In this document: piece by piece, positions 48,897 to 61,972 of the stretch
Numbering within the stretch: position 1 is the first letter of the stretch
Layout of the letters: each line of letters starts with the position of its first letter
Source of the DNA: Heterodontus francisci
Taxonomy: Eukaryota
NCBI RefSeq assembly: GCF_036365525.1
Contig: NC_090388.1
Coordinates: 22,561,619-22,625,618 of the forward strand
DNA length: 64,000 nucleotides
Reading direction: 5' to 3'
The notes under the pieces: model-generated
What the model was told of the DNA's origin: nothing
The model's database searches: none
What the model saw: only the letters and a program-made list of their open reading frames with translations
Program-made: the position numbers and the translations under genes

Positions 48897-49936
48897 TCAG
48901 TGTATTAGAGGTAAAGAATATATGACAGCACCCTACAATACCCCCACATTAATGCAGTAGGGATATGACAACATCCTATAATACCCCCACATTAATGCAA
49001 CAGGGATATATGACAATATTCCCCCTGCTGCAAGCACCCACACTGTGTATTTGAATTACTCAGTGACCACCCAGCAGGTTTCTCTTACCCAACCTTGGAG
49101 TCGGTCCAACAGTGCACATGTTGAGCCCAGAGTTCTTGTACTTCTGCGAGGGTCCATCGTCAATATAGATCTCATAGTGTGAGGCCCTATGAAGTGTAGT
49201 GGTTATGTTATTGGACTAGCAGTCCAGAGTCTTGGACTACTGACGCAGAGAATTTAAACTGGCACTGTGATGGTTTGAGAATTTGAATTAAAAAAAATAT
49301 GGAAATTAAAACCTGGAGTCAGTAAAAAGTGACTGTGAAGCTATTGGATTGTCATTAAAAAAAACCAAAAACAACTGGTTTGTTAATCTTTAAGGATTGA
49401 AACCTGCCATCCTTAACTGGTCTGGCCTGTATGTGACTCTATTTCCACACCAGTGTGGTTGACTTTTAACTCCCCTCTGAAGTGGTCTAGAATGCCATTT
49501 AGTTGTATCAAACCGCTCAGTGGTTCAAGAAAGCAGCCCACAATAACTTTCTCAAGGTAATGGGCAATAAATGCTGGACTTGACAGTGCCACCCGCATCC
49601 CAAGGATGATTTATTAAAAAAAAAAGCTATACTGTGCTATTATTCATGTGAAAGACTCTTCCCCTCCCACTCCTGGGCGTCTCCTTTGCAGGGGCATACC
49701 TCTTTTTTTTACCTCGGGTGGAATATCCTCCATTTTTTCCCGCAGGTGATTGAAAAGGAAGGGCAGAGGACACAAGGGAGTGTTAACCCCATTACAGAAA
49801 GCTTGGTGATTAGAAAACTGTTCATGGTAAATGAATCCATCTAGAAGGACACAAACAGCAGGTGTATGGGAACACCATCATCTTCAGGTTCCTTTCCAAA
49901 ATCTCACACCATCCAGACTTGGACATATATCACCAT

Positions 49937-50295
49937 TTAGATTAGATTAGATTAGAGATACAGCACTGAAACAGGCCCTTCGGCCCACCGAGTCTGTGCC
50001 GAACATCAGCCACCCATTTATACTAATCCTACACTAATCCGACATTCCTACCAAACATCCCCACCTGTTCCTATATTTCCCTACCACCTACCTATACTAG
50101 TGACAATTTATAATGGCCAATTTACCTATCAACCTGCAAGTCTTTTGGCTTGTGGGAGGAAACCGGAGCACCCGGAGGAAACCCACGCAGACACAGGGAG
50201 AACTTGCAAACTCCACACAGGCAGTACCAGGAATCGAACCCGGGTCCCTGGAGCTGTGAGGCTGCGGTGCTAACCACTGCGCCACTGTGCCACCC
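49937..50295 (-). mobile_element. HE1/V-SINE-like SINE
   Basis: Full-length reverse complement of the 57210 copy with a (tctaa)n tail. Confidence 0.9.
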
Positions 50296-50870
50296 ACTAA
50301 TTTCTTTATCGTCACTGGGTCACAATCTTGGAACACTCTACCTAGCAGCATGGTTGGGAGTATCTTCACCACATGGACTGCAGTGGAGCAAGAAGACTCA
50401 CCACCGCCTTCTCAAGGACAACTAGGACAATAAATGCTGGCCTTTCCAGTGACGCCCGTTTTCCGAAAATGAATAAAATAAACAAATGAAGGATTTGCCA
50501 TTTGGTGTCAGGATACAGTGGAAAATGCTACCAAATTCATATATCCCAAAATCCTAATGCTTAAACATTTTGGTTAATAAGTGCCTTGAATCACTTTTTC
50601 GCTCTTTCAAAGCAAGCTTTCCTCACTGTTGGATTGGTAGGGAAAATGGAAGGTGAGAGATCCTCCTAAGTTTTCAGTTCTGGTATAATATTTATATATA
50701 TTCATCATATGTTTATCCATTCTCATAATTTTGTTTAGCATATTGTGTCCTGTGCCATAATTTCACTGGAGTAAATATTTGATCACTTATTTAGCTTTTG
50801 ATCATGATTGCATAATTTAATACAAGTTTGCCTCATCAACTTTCTTATTTTATCTTATCTGTTTTTACAG

Positions 50871-50970
50871 AAAGTGTGCCCTGAGTGGTCAAACTAAAAC
50901 TTGCAAACATCGAATTAAGTTGGGAGATTCCAGTAGCTACTACTATGTTTCACCATTTTGTAGATACAGG
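50871..50970 (+). CDS. RAB3IP: RAB3IP coding exon: [33 protein letters not shown]
   Basis: tttttacag|AAAG...AGG|gtaagg, 100 nt, phase 2/0. Confidence 0.95.
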
Positions 50971-51095
50971 GTAAGGAATGATGCATCTTCTATTTTTTTT
51001 AAAGCATTATTGTACTTCAGAAAATATTATAAACTGATAAATCATTATAGTCTGGTACAAACGAAAATTTTGTGTTTTTCTGTCTTGCTCTCTAG

Positions 51096-51165
51096 ATTAT
51101 GTCTGTATGCAACTTCTTCACTTATATTCGATATATTCAGCAGGGTCTGGTTAAACAGCAAGATG
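51096..51165 (+). CDS. RAB3IP: RAB3IP coding exon: [23 protein letters not shown]
   Basis: ctctag|ATT...GATG|gtaagt, 70 nt, phase 0/1. Confidence 0.95.
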
Positions 51166-51410
51166 GTAAGTGATGATTTTGAAAACAGTAATTGTAATTA
51201 AACCTTGTTTTAATGGCTATTAAGGAAGCATTATTGCCATTTGAGGGTTTGCTGTGATAGTTTGTAATCAAAGGCAGATTATGTACTTTGCTGCACATTG
51301 CCATGGTCCCAAAACGTGTAAGTGAAATTTTAAATTTGGCTGTGGTGGTGACATTGGTATTGGTACTTTCAAAAACAGTAGAATTGTGGATGTAGACACG
51401 TTGAAAACTA

Positions 51411-51750
51411 GGGCGGTGCAGTGGTTAGCACCGCAGCCTCACAGCTCCAGCGACCCGGGTTCAGTTCTGGGTACTGCCTGTGCGGAGTTTGCAAGTTCTA
51501 CCTGTGACCGCGTGGGTTTCCGCCGGGTGCTCCGGTTTCCTCCCGCAGACAAAGACTTGCAGGTTGATAGGTAAATTGGCCATTGTAAATTGCCCCTAGT
51601 ATAGGTAGGTGGTAGGGGAGTATAGGGACAGGTGAGGATGTGGTAGGAATATGGGATTAGTGTAGGATTAGTATAAAAAGGGTGTTTAATGGTCGGCACA
51701 GACTCGGTGGGCCGAAGGGCCTGTTTCAGTGCTGTATCTCTAAATCTAAA
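51411..51750 (+). mobile_element. HE1/V-SINE-like SINE
   Basis: tRNA head, V-domain and CR1-like tail. Confidence 0.9.
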
Positions 51751-54595
51751 AAAAATCTGTACCTGGTCTGATCTATATGTAACTCCATCCCACACTAATG
51801 TGATTGATTCTTAACTGCCCACTCGGAAGCTCGTCAATTGGCTCATTGTCCAGCATTCTCAGGGCAACGAGGGATGGGCAATGAATGTTCGAGAATGGTT
51901 ATTTTTAAAAATCGCACTGCATATAGACCTATGATATGTAATTATACTGAGAGTGCAGTGGGGCACAGGCTTTTTATAGCTTCAGCTACATGTATACTCA
52001 ACATTCTTTGCTTAAGTAGCAGAAGATTGTAGAAAAAGCTTCCTGTCTTCAAGAGAAATTGTGGATATGCATTTGCACCCTTGTTATATCTAATAAATTG
52101 TTTATCGGATTGTCACAGTGACATAGAAGCACTTTTCACTCCTCTTCATTCCCAAGTTCATGCAGGTGCATCCTAATTTCTCATTTACTATCCCACTCCC
52201 TTCCTCCTTCGCATTCAACTTCCCACCCCTTACTTTCTCAATTCATATTGGTGCCTTTTTTTCTTGCCTACCACCCGCATTCGTTAATATGGGAACTCTT
52301 TTTCTTCTCCCTCAATACATGTTGGCATTTTTTAAAATAACAGTAACAAAAATAGCATGCATTTATATGAGGTCTTTAATGTCAAAAAGTGCTCCAAGCC
52401 TTTTCAGAGAACCATAACTGGACAGAAATGGATGCCAAGTGAAGGAAGTTATCCAGGATGACTAAAGTTTAGACAAGAATCTGGGTTTAAAAAGAGACTT
52501 ACAGGAGTAGAGGGACGCAGAGAATCTTGGGAGGGAATTAGAGCTTTGGGGCTAGATGGCAGAGGCGTGGTCACTAGTGTTGGAGTGAAGGGAGTGGGCA
52601 TACAAAAGAGGCCAGAGTTGAAGATGAGGTTTCCACATTGCAGTTGGGAGTCTGATTTAAATTTAACACTTGCTGTCCAGATTTCCCACAGCTTGCGAAA
52701 TCTGGGGAGGGAGGCAGGAACTGCTAGCTCAACCACGTAAGTGCCTTTTGCAGCATTCCTTTTGAGCCAGGAGGAGGAGGAGTGCATCCCCCATGCACAT
52801 CAAGGAGACTTTTGGCCTCTCTTCTGCCCATTGCAGCCTCTCTCTTCCCCCTGCCACCATTTGGATACCCCAACTCTGAGCCCTGATCTCTGGCTCCCTC
52901 CTGATTTACACTTCCCCCACCTCATCATTTTGAAAGGGAAAAGGACAATTTTGTGATATCACTTTAACTGCTTGAGTGTAGTATGCATCATCACAGGAAG
53001 TGATGTCAACCAACACGTGATATAGCAGTTGGAGTAGTGTTCGTCTTCAGTCAGCATGTGCATTACAGAGCTGTCTTGTAAATCTATTGCTTTGCAATAA
53101 AGAACCCCTCATTCAACTTACCATTTAGCCTGATTGTTTGATATCTTGTTGCTGAGAAAGCAATAACATAATATGGTGGCAGCAGTGTATTTTTGAAGAG
53201 CACAATATGGTTGTAGCGGAACACGTCGGAGCAGCAATAGTGCAGAGAGGCTCAGCAAGCCAGTAACGGTGTTCATGTGGGGCAGCGATCTCGAGCAAGA
53301 CATTGGGAACGGCGATTCCTCCCGTGATCATCCTATAAGGTTCGGTCAACACTGCACATTGCCGGAAGAGGATGTGGTATTGCACTTTTAGATTTGATGA
53401 CCATCTGCAGGAATCGGCGCTCAGGGAGAGAGTACTGGATGGTGGTTGACAGAAAAGGCAGTAATCAGGCTCATGAAAAGTGAACAGTCAGTTCAAGTCG
53501 GGGCTGTGGTATGACACCGCCATTACACATTGAGGCTTTCCCGCCAGAAGAGCTTCATGGACGGAGTCTCCTTGATCACAGGATGAAAGCCTGCACTGCA
53601 GGCACAGCAGACCTGGAATATTTTTTCCTTCAGGAATAGTTTTAAAAATAAAAGGAAGCCATTAAAAGGGGATGCTTCTGCAAAGATTTCTTGCAGACAA
53701 GAAATTTGACACCATGACCACCAGTACCTGTCGATGAACTTGAAAGTTCAAGATCACCTCCACGAGTTCCAACTCTTCAAGCAGTGCATGGAGTTGTGCT
53801 TTTTGGATCTTGCTGTCACAGAGCTTGACAAGCAAGCAATGAAGATAAAAATGCAATTGGCAATGAAGGGCTCCATCGCATCAACTGCTCAGGACAGTCT
53901 GAAGTGGACCAGAAGGACCCGGTGAAGCTTTGGACTACATTAGACGACCTGCCGAAGGTCAAGGTTAATTTTAGGATCTGTTGTCTGAAACTGATGGCAT
54001 ACAGACAGCAGTCCAACGAGTCCATCGATCAATTTGTCAGCAGATGCTGTGAGAAAGGAAAAGTCTGTGATTTTTCGGGTGAAGAATTATCTGAATACAT
54101 AATGGAGTTAGTAATTGGATCTACCCCAATAGAAGCATTTCAAAAAGACCAGCTGGACAAAGAGAAAGGATATTACACCAGAATACGATACAGGAAAGTC
54201 TCCTGAGTGAAGGAAAGAAGTACGAAGCTATAGCTTCAAGCAGACAGTGCATATGAGCGCTTGGAGCAGCAACAATAGGGGAGGTAACCAAGACACAGGG
54301 CAAGGTGTGTGGCAAGTGCGGTCTGCTGTACTGGCCAAGAAATTGTTCTGCTTTCAGGGATTGCCTGTAAAGTGTGTGATAGAAAGGTGCATTAGGCAAG
54401 ACTGTGCAGAAGGTCTGACAATGGAGAAGTAGCCAGAGACCACAGTAAGACACAGTTCAAGAAGAAATAGACACCGCTTAGTGGGGAAAAAAGGAATGAA
54501 TTCACCAAATGCCAGTTAAATGCAAGCCTGTCCATGAGCTGGACAAGGACCCTTATGACAAAGAAGGCACTAAGGTGAACAAGCCTTCCGCATGG

Positions 54596-55499
54596 TGCCA
54601 TGCAAGCCCCCACCTGCCAAGAATGAGACATTAATTTCACCACATGAACATTGATTTTTAAACTGTTACTGGAGCAAAGAAAGAACTAGTTTTAAAAAAA
54701 AACAGACCCTTGACTGGAAAGACATTTGTATAGTAACAGACAGTACTTGGAAAGGACAAAGGGGCCATTCTCTGCTCCAATTTAATCCACAATGAACTTT
54801 TGATTGCGAGACATTGAAGGTGGAGAAGCTAGCATTCCAGGTTAACTGCTAAGATGGCCGAATACACAAACAGACATGGTCAGACCAGTTTAGTCACATG
54901 ACTAACTGGCTGTTGGAGTTTTTTGAATCTGAACTTGCCACAGAGTCATAAACTGGCAGAAAGTTCTTTGCTCCTGGACTGAGAACATGTCTCCTCTCAT
55001 CTCCTTCTCACTGAACTGAAGACACATTGAAGACACATGAACCCCAAGAGAGAAAGGTCTCCTACAGTGAATAAGGTTTAAGAAGAATACTGGGCCCCAA
55101 CGAAAAGCAAGACCACCTACAAGCAAGGATTCTACAGCGAGCTCGAAGCACAGTAACAAACCCTATTCAGAGATTGTCTCAAATCTCTCTCTTTTTCTTC
55201 TCTTTTCTGTTTCTATTTGCATGTGCGCATTGTGTATGCATGCAATCGTGTAGCGCGGCATGTATCTGTAAGTGTTAACCAAATTAGAGTTTAAGTTTTA
55301 ATAAATTTCACTTTTCTTCTTTAAACCTAAGATAGCCTATTTGTGCTCATTTCTTTGCCTTATAATTGGAAGGCGGTGAACAAGGATTCACCAAAGGGGA
55401 GCTCAAAAGACAGTGTGTACAAAACATAAATCCTGTTACAATAAGACCAGGTGAAGGCTGACAGAAACCCCTAGACACCTTTCTCACCTGTTCGTAACA
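54596..55499 (+). mobile_element. Solo LTR (family A)
   Basis: TGCCATGC...CGTAACA with a perfect atgg TSD. Confidence 0.9.
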
Positions 55500-56391
55500 A
55501 TGGTAACATATGCAGTTGCATAGCAGGAAACATTCGCTACAGTCGATATATGTCCAGAAAACAGTGGCAAGCGCAAGCTACAATTAAAGATCGATACAGG
55601 GGCAAGTGCAAAAGTTCTGCTCCTGAGAACACTAAAGTATATGTACCTGGCAAGATGGGAAGCCATGATACAACCTACAAGAGCCAGATTCACTGCATAC
55701 AATGGTTCAGCAATCAACTGCGTGGGAGCACTAATGTTGGGGTGCAGTTATGGAAATTCTGCATGGTTGCCTTCTATGTTGTTGATGCCAATGGTCCAGC
55801 AGAAGCAGGACTACCAGCATGTGGCAATCTCCAGATTGTGACAATCCACAAGATCAGCAGTGTTCCAAGGATACACAATCAAGATGCATGTGACCCCATT
55901 GAGTCCATTCAGGATTTGCAACATAGGTGCTCAGACAGATTTGATACCGTGGGCAGCTTCAAAGGAAACGCTGTTTTTCATTTGAGAAATGATGCAGTTC
56001 CTTCCATAGATCCACCAAGGAAATGCAGTGTCCTTGTCAAGGACAAGCTGAGCTGAATGCTATGGAACAGCAAGGAATTATTCAGTATGTTCAGCAACAC
56101 ATGGATTGGTGCAGCTCTATAACAGCTGTGGTCAAAAAAGACAGCACAGAGTATGTCTAGAGCCTGGAAGGTTAAACTGAGCATTAAAAAGATGTCCTCG
56201 TAAAATCTCTACTTTGGAAGAGTTAAATCCAAAGTTTGCCAAATCCGAGAGCCAAATTTTTCTTGAAGTTGGATGCAAAACACAGATACTGATCGGGCCA
56301 TCTTTCTGAAGGTTCACGAGCTAACAACTTTCAGATATTAGGAAGATATTATTTTTTGCGCTTACCGTTTGGTTTGTCAGTAAGCCAAGAT

Positions 56392-56987
56392 TGTTAGACT
56401 GAGGTGGGAGGAGTGCTCTGCTAATTCAATCCCACTTCTCCACAGGTCACAACATATTCTTCAAAGTTTTCCCATTTGCTGAAAGTCAACTGGATACACT
56501 ATTTTCCCCCTAGAATAGAACACACTAACTAGGTTTCTTTACTGAACAATAACATTAACAGTTTATTACAAAACAAGTCTTAACTAGTATTATCCAACCC
56601 CCCAACTTGACTGGAGGAAGCAGCTGAATGGAAGACTTTGAGGCTGGAGCTCTCCCCCCTTGCTCCAGGCCTCGTGCTACCTCCCTTCAGCCGCTCGCTC
56701 CAGACTTCGCTGCTCCCCTCCACTCCCCTGGCGGCTGATCGACCGGAGAGCAGGGTGGCACGAGTGGGGAACAATCAGCCAGGGGAGTGGGAGGGAGCAG
56801 CGAGGTCTGGAGTGAGCGGCTGCGGGTGGTGGGGTGGGGGGGGAGGGAGGGAGTGGCTTGTGGGGGGGGGGGGGGGAGGGAGGGAGGGAGGGGCCTGTGG
56901 GGAGGAGGGGCATTTGTTTGGGGGGGTGAGTCAGAAAAGTTAATTGGGCCGCATTTGGCCCGCGGGCCATACTTCGGGGACCCCTGA
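56392..56987 (-). mobile_element. Gypsy LTR end (~56392-56600) plus a hAT-like MITE fragment (~56620-56987)
   Basis: Reverse complement of tgttgtgacctgtggagaagtggg...taaca; terminus caggggtccccgaagtatggcccgcgggccaaatgcggccc is hAT-Charlie-like. Confidence 0.65.
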
Positions 56988-57209
56988 TGTACATAGACTA
57001 TAATTTCCAACACTTCCACTTAAGGAAAGGGGAATGTTGTGATATCTTGCACTTCAAGTGCTTGAATGTCATATGCATCATCAGAGGAAGTGATATCAAC
57101 CAACATGTGATATAGCAGTTGGCGTAGTGTTATTCTACAGTCAGCCCATGTATTGCAGAGTTCTCTTGTAAATCTCTTACTTTGCAATAAAGAATCCTTC
57201 GAATCCTTA

Positions 57210-57573
57210 GGGCGGCACAGTGGCGCAGTGGTTAGCACCGCAGCCTCACAGCTCCAGCGACCCGGGTTCAATTCCGGGTACTGCCTGTGTGGAGTTTGTA
57301 AGTTCTCCCTTTGTCTGCGTGGGTTTCCTCCGGGTGCTCCGGTTTCCTCCCACATGCCAAAGACTTGCAGGTTGATCGGTTAATTGGCCATTATAAATTG
57401 CCCCTAGTATAGGTAGGTGGTAGGGAAATATAGGGACAGGTGGGGATGTGGTAGGAATATGGAATTAGTGTAGGATTAGTACAAAATGGGTGGTTGATGG
57501 TCGGCACAGACTCGGTGGGCCGAAGGGCCTGTTTCAGTGCTGTATCTCTAAACTAAACTAAACTAAACTAAAC
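57210..57573 (+). mobile_element. HE1/V-SINE-like SINE inside the Gypsy 3' LTR
   Basis: Full-length with a (taaac)n tail; the LTR sequence resumes afterwards. Confidence 0.92.
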
Positions 57574-58384
57574 TTACCATTTAGCATAAGATTTTTTGAT
57601 CCTTATTGCTGAGAAAGCAATAACACAACAGACAGTGCCTGAGGAGAGGGAGCCATTTACAGTGTCCTCTAGTATGGGAACTCGGAAAGAAGTTATTGCT
57701 CAGCAGTTTAGTGGGAATAAGATGGGTGGAACAGCAGGTGGATCTCATGGATGAGATAGTGGACTTGAATGGAGTTAGCGTTAGGGCAAAATGAAATCAT
57801 GCAGGACGCATTGCTTGGTGTGCAAAAGGGAGGAAGATGGTCCCAATCTTGGGGATAAAGTCATCTATGACTTGTTGCTGTTGGAGGTGAAGATGGAGTA
57901 GTGAGCAGTTTTGTCAGAGCTGATCAAGGGCCAATAGTATTTGCTGTGCTGCAGCCATATTTGGTGATGCATGGCTAAATCAGTGTGGTTCACCAGGTAT
58001 GTTCAAGTTTGCATTCCTTGGATCTGAAGGAGCAAAGATGCGGGCCATACTATGGGGAATTACCAGGGCAGAAGAGAGTAATGATTTTACTGGGGACGAA
58101 CGCACAAAGGTGGAGGTGAGGGAGTGATTGAGCAGATCAATGGCTGCAGAAGTGTGGGTGAATGGATAGCCAAAAGGTAGACAGGGAGCTGTAAGTGCAG
58201 TTTTATGTGACTTGTGAAGAATTTATTTAAGGGGCCAATGCAAAAGGGAGTGTGGCTTCTTCTTGAGCCTCCTCACTTCAGGCTGCCACTCTGCTCTCAT
58301 CTCATCTCTCAGTCAATGCTGCTGATTAAATACTCCAATAATTCCTCCTTATGTGTGTGAATAACAATGTTCATGCAACTACAT

Positions 58385-60561
58385 TGTCATGCAGGCCCCT
58401 CACCTGGCAAGAATGAGGCACATTAAGTTTGTCATATGAACATTGATTTGAAAATTGTTGCTGAAGTGAAGAAAGGACTTGTTTAAAAAGAAAATCACCA
58501 GGCCCTTGGCTGGAAAGACATTTGCATGTTAACAGACAGTGCTTGGGGTGACAAAGGGGTTACTTCCCTTATACAATTTAACCCACAAAGTACTATGAGC
58601 ACCAGACATTAAAGGTGAGGGAGCTCAAATTTCAGGACACTGCTGGGATGGCCGAATCCACAAACCGATGTGGTCAGATCAGCTGGTCATGTGACTAGCC
58701 TGCGTGACAACCTGTTTTTTCTGAATTGTACAAAGAGTTTTGAACAGAGAGACTGCAGTATGCTCCTGGACTGAAGAAGATCTCTACTGTCTGGCTCTCC
58801 CTCACTCCCAAATTCACTGAAGACACATGAACCTCAAGAGAGGTAGGTCTCCTGCAGCGAGCAAGGTTGAAGAAGAATACTGGGCCCCAACGCAGAGCAA
58901 GATCTACTTACAATCAAGAACTCTACAGTGAGCTCGAAGAACTGTAGCAAAAACCCTCTCCAGAGATCGCCTCAAACTTTTCTACGTTATTTTCTTTTCT
59001 GTTTCTATCTGCATGTGTGTATCACGTGTGCATGCTAGCGTGGGCGTGTCGTGTGTCCATAGGCGTTAACCGAATTAAAATTTTAAGTTTAATAATTTTC
59101 AACCTTTCTTCTTTAACCCTAAAAAAACCTGTTTGTGCTGGCTTCTTTGCCTTATAATTTGTCAGGGGTAGATCTTGTCTAACAAACTTGATTGAATTTT
59201 TCGAGGCAGTGACCAGATGTGTGGATGAGGATAAAGCAGTTGATGTAGTCTACATGGACTTCAGTAAGGCTTTTGATAAGGTCCCACATGGGAGATTGGT
59301 TAAGAAGGTAAGAACCCATGGGATCCAGGGCAATTTGGCAAATTGGATACAAAATTGGCTTAGTGACAGGAGGCACAGGGTGATGGTCGAGGTTTGTTTT
59401 TGCGAGTGGAAGCCTGTGACCAGTGGTGTACCACCGGGATCGGTGCTGGGACCCTTGCTGTTTGTAGTGTACATTAATGATTTAGATGTGAACATAGGAG
59501 GTATGATTAGTAAGTTCGCAGATGACACCAAAATTGGTGGTGTTGTAAATAGTGAGGAGGAAAGCCTTAGATTACAAGATGTTATAGATGAGCTGGTAAG
59601 ATGGGTGGAGCAGTGGCAAATGGAATTTATTCCTGAGAAGTGTGAGGTGATGCATTTTGGGAGGACTAACAAGGCAAGGGAATATACAATGGATGGTAGG
59701 ACCCTAGGAAGTACAGAGGGTCAGAGGGACCTTAATGTACTTGTCCATAGATCACTGAAGGCAGCAACACGGGTAGATAAGGTGGTTACGAAGGCATATG
59801 GGATACTTGCCTTTATTAGCCAAGGCAAAGAATATAAGAGCAGGGAGGTTATGATGGAGCTGTACAAAATGCTAGTTAGGCCACAGCTGAGGCACTGTAT
59901 ACAGTTCTGGGCACCACACTATGGGAAGGATGTGATTGCCCTGGAGAGGGTGCAGAGGAGATTCACCAGGATGTTGCCTGAGCTGGAGCATTTCAGCTAT
60001 GAAGAGAGACTGAAAAGGCTAGGGCTGTTTTCCTTAGAGCTGAGGGGGGACATGATTGAGGTATACAAAATTATGAAGGGCATTGATAGGCTAGTTAGGA
60101 AGAAACCTTTTCCCTTTGCAGAGGGGTCAATAACCAGGGGGCATAGATTTAAGGTAAGGGGCAGGATGTTTGGAGGGGATTTGAGGAAAAAAATTTTCAC
60201 TGAGGGTGGTTGGAATCTGGAACGCACTGCCTGAAGAGGTGGTAGAGGCAGGAACCCTGACAACATTTAAGAAGTATTTAGATGAGCACTTGAAACGCCA
60301 AAGCATACAAGGCTATGGGCCAAGTGCTGGAAAATAGTTAGAAAGTGTTAGAATAGTTAGGTGCTTTATGGCCGGCACAGACACAATAGGCTGAAGGGCC
60401 TGTTTCTGTGCTGTATGACTCTATTAATAATTGAAAAGCAGTGAACAAGGATTCACCAAGGGGGAGCTAAAAACACTCTGTTTAAAATTAAACCCTGTTA
60501 TGGGAGGACCAGGTGAAAACTGAGAGGGAACCCTAGACCCCTTTCTCACCTGTTCGTAACA
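58385..60561 (+). mobile_element. Solo LTR (family A) interrupted by CR1
   Basis: TGTCATGC...CGTAACA with a perfect acat TSD. Confidence 0.9.
59161..60427 (+). mobile_element. CR1 LINE 3' portion with a 348-aa open RT frame
   Basis: MDFSKAFDKVPH, KFADDTKIGG; ataatt repeated at both flanks. Confidence 0.93.
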
Positions 60562-60827
60562 ACATATAATTTTGTATTGACATAGGTTAAGGTCAGTGCA
60601 TGATTAAAGAAAATTTTGTCTCAATTTATTTACCACCTTGCAAGGCGTTGTTTTGAAAACTTGGTGCTCAACACCTCAAATATATCTTAAGTTATTTAAT
60701 ATATACAATGCAGGTAATATGTGAACAAAAGTTCGAGATTATTGTAGTTGTACATCTCAGGAAAATTCTGACTACTTCCAGTCACTATTGTGTAGTTACA
60801 AACATTTGGAGCACAAGTGACTCTTAC

Positions 60828-61905
60828 TGCATTTGGGGAAGGCTCACAAGGCAAGGGAATAATCAATAAATGGTAGGAAACTGAAGTGTAGAGCAACGGA
60901 GGCATCTTGGAGTGTCTGCCCACAGATCCCTGAAAGCAGCTGGACAGAGAGATAAGGTGGTCCGAAAGACATACAGGACACTTGCCTTTATTAGCCAAGG
61001 CGTAGAATATAAGAGCTAGGAGGTTATGAATAGTTGTATGGAACACTCGTTAGGCCACAGCTGGAGTACTGCATGCTGTTCTGGTCACCGCACTATAGGA
61101 AAGATGTGATTGTACTAGAGAGGGTACAGAGGAGATTTATGAAGATGGTTCCTGTACTGGAGAATATTAGGTATGAGGAGAGATTGGATAGGCTAGGATT
61201 ATTTTCTTTGGAACAGAGGGGGCTGAGGGGAGATTTAATTGAAGTGTATAAAATTCTGAGAGGCCTAGATAGAGTGGAAAGGAAGGCCCTATTCAACTTG
61301 GTTGAGGGGCCCATAACACAATGGGTTGAATGGCCTCCTTCCGTGCTGTAAATTTTGACCTCCGTTATCTGTTATGCAACACGTTTGTAAGGAAAATGAA
61401 TGCTTTATGTGTGCTGGCTTTCTGTTTTCATGAGCTGTATTTTAAAATAGTTTGACAGGATGTGTGGTTTTCATTCTCCGATTAACAAATCAAACTTTCC
61501 ATCATTTGAATTCAATTTCAGTTAATAGTGGTTGGGTTATTGATTTCACATTGTGCACTTTAAATATAGTATATTTTCTAAGAATAATACTTTATAATTC
61601 AAGTCTGTAGCATATCTAAGACAAATTAAGATGTGAAAAGGACTAATATGCAATGCATTAATTATGAGGGCAAAGAATTAAGTTAAAAGGTAGGAGGTTT
61701 TGAGGGAATTTGCGGGGCAATTTGTTCACCCAAATCTAGAACACTCATTCCTGAAAGGGTGGTGGACACAGAAACCCTCATAACATTTAAAAAGTACTTG
61801 GATATGCACTTTAAGTTCCATAACCTACAAGGCTACAAACCAGGAGCCGGAATGTGGGATTAGGTTGGATGGCCTCCTTCCGTGTTGTAAATTTCTATGA
61901 TTCTT
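60828..61905 (+). mobile_element. CR1 3' portion interrupted at ~61319-61665
   Basis: VRPQLEYCMLFWSPHY...VEGPIT breaks off, then resumes as gagggcaaagaattaagttaaaagg and runs to a ttctatgattct tail. Confidence 0.85.
61349..61665 (+). repeat. 317-bp direct copy of RAB3IP 3' UTR segment 62337-62653
   Basis: Ungapped manual alignment with about 15 substitutions (~95% identity). Confidence 0.95.
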
Positions 61906-61972
61906 TGATTAAATCAAGAGTGATGTACGTTACATTTTTTTGTAATGTTCTTTTTATTTTCTGTTTTTACAG

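Larger units (their letters stand above)
52949..57630 (+). mobile_element. Short-LTR Gypsy retrotransposon, internally deleted
   Basis: LTRs at 52949-53173 and 57035-57630 (the latter SINE-interrupted). PBS tggtggcagcagtg (tRNA-Leu-like), gag with Cys knuckle, protease KIDTGAS, RT start (LRLPFGLSVSQD), PPT aaggaaaggggaa; flanks gacaa/gacag. Confidence 0.85.
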
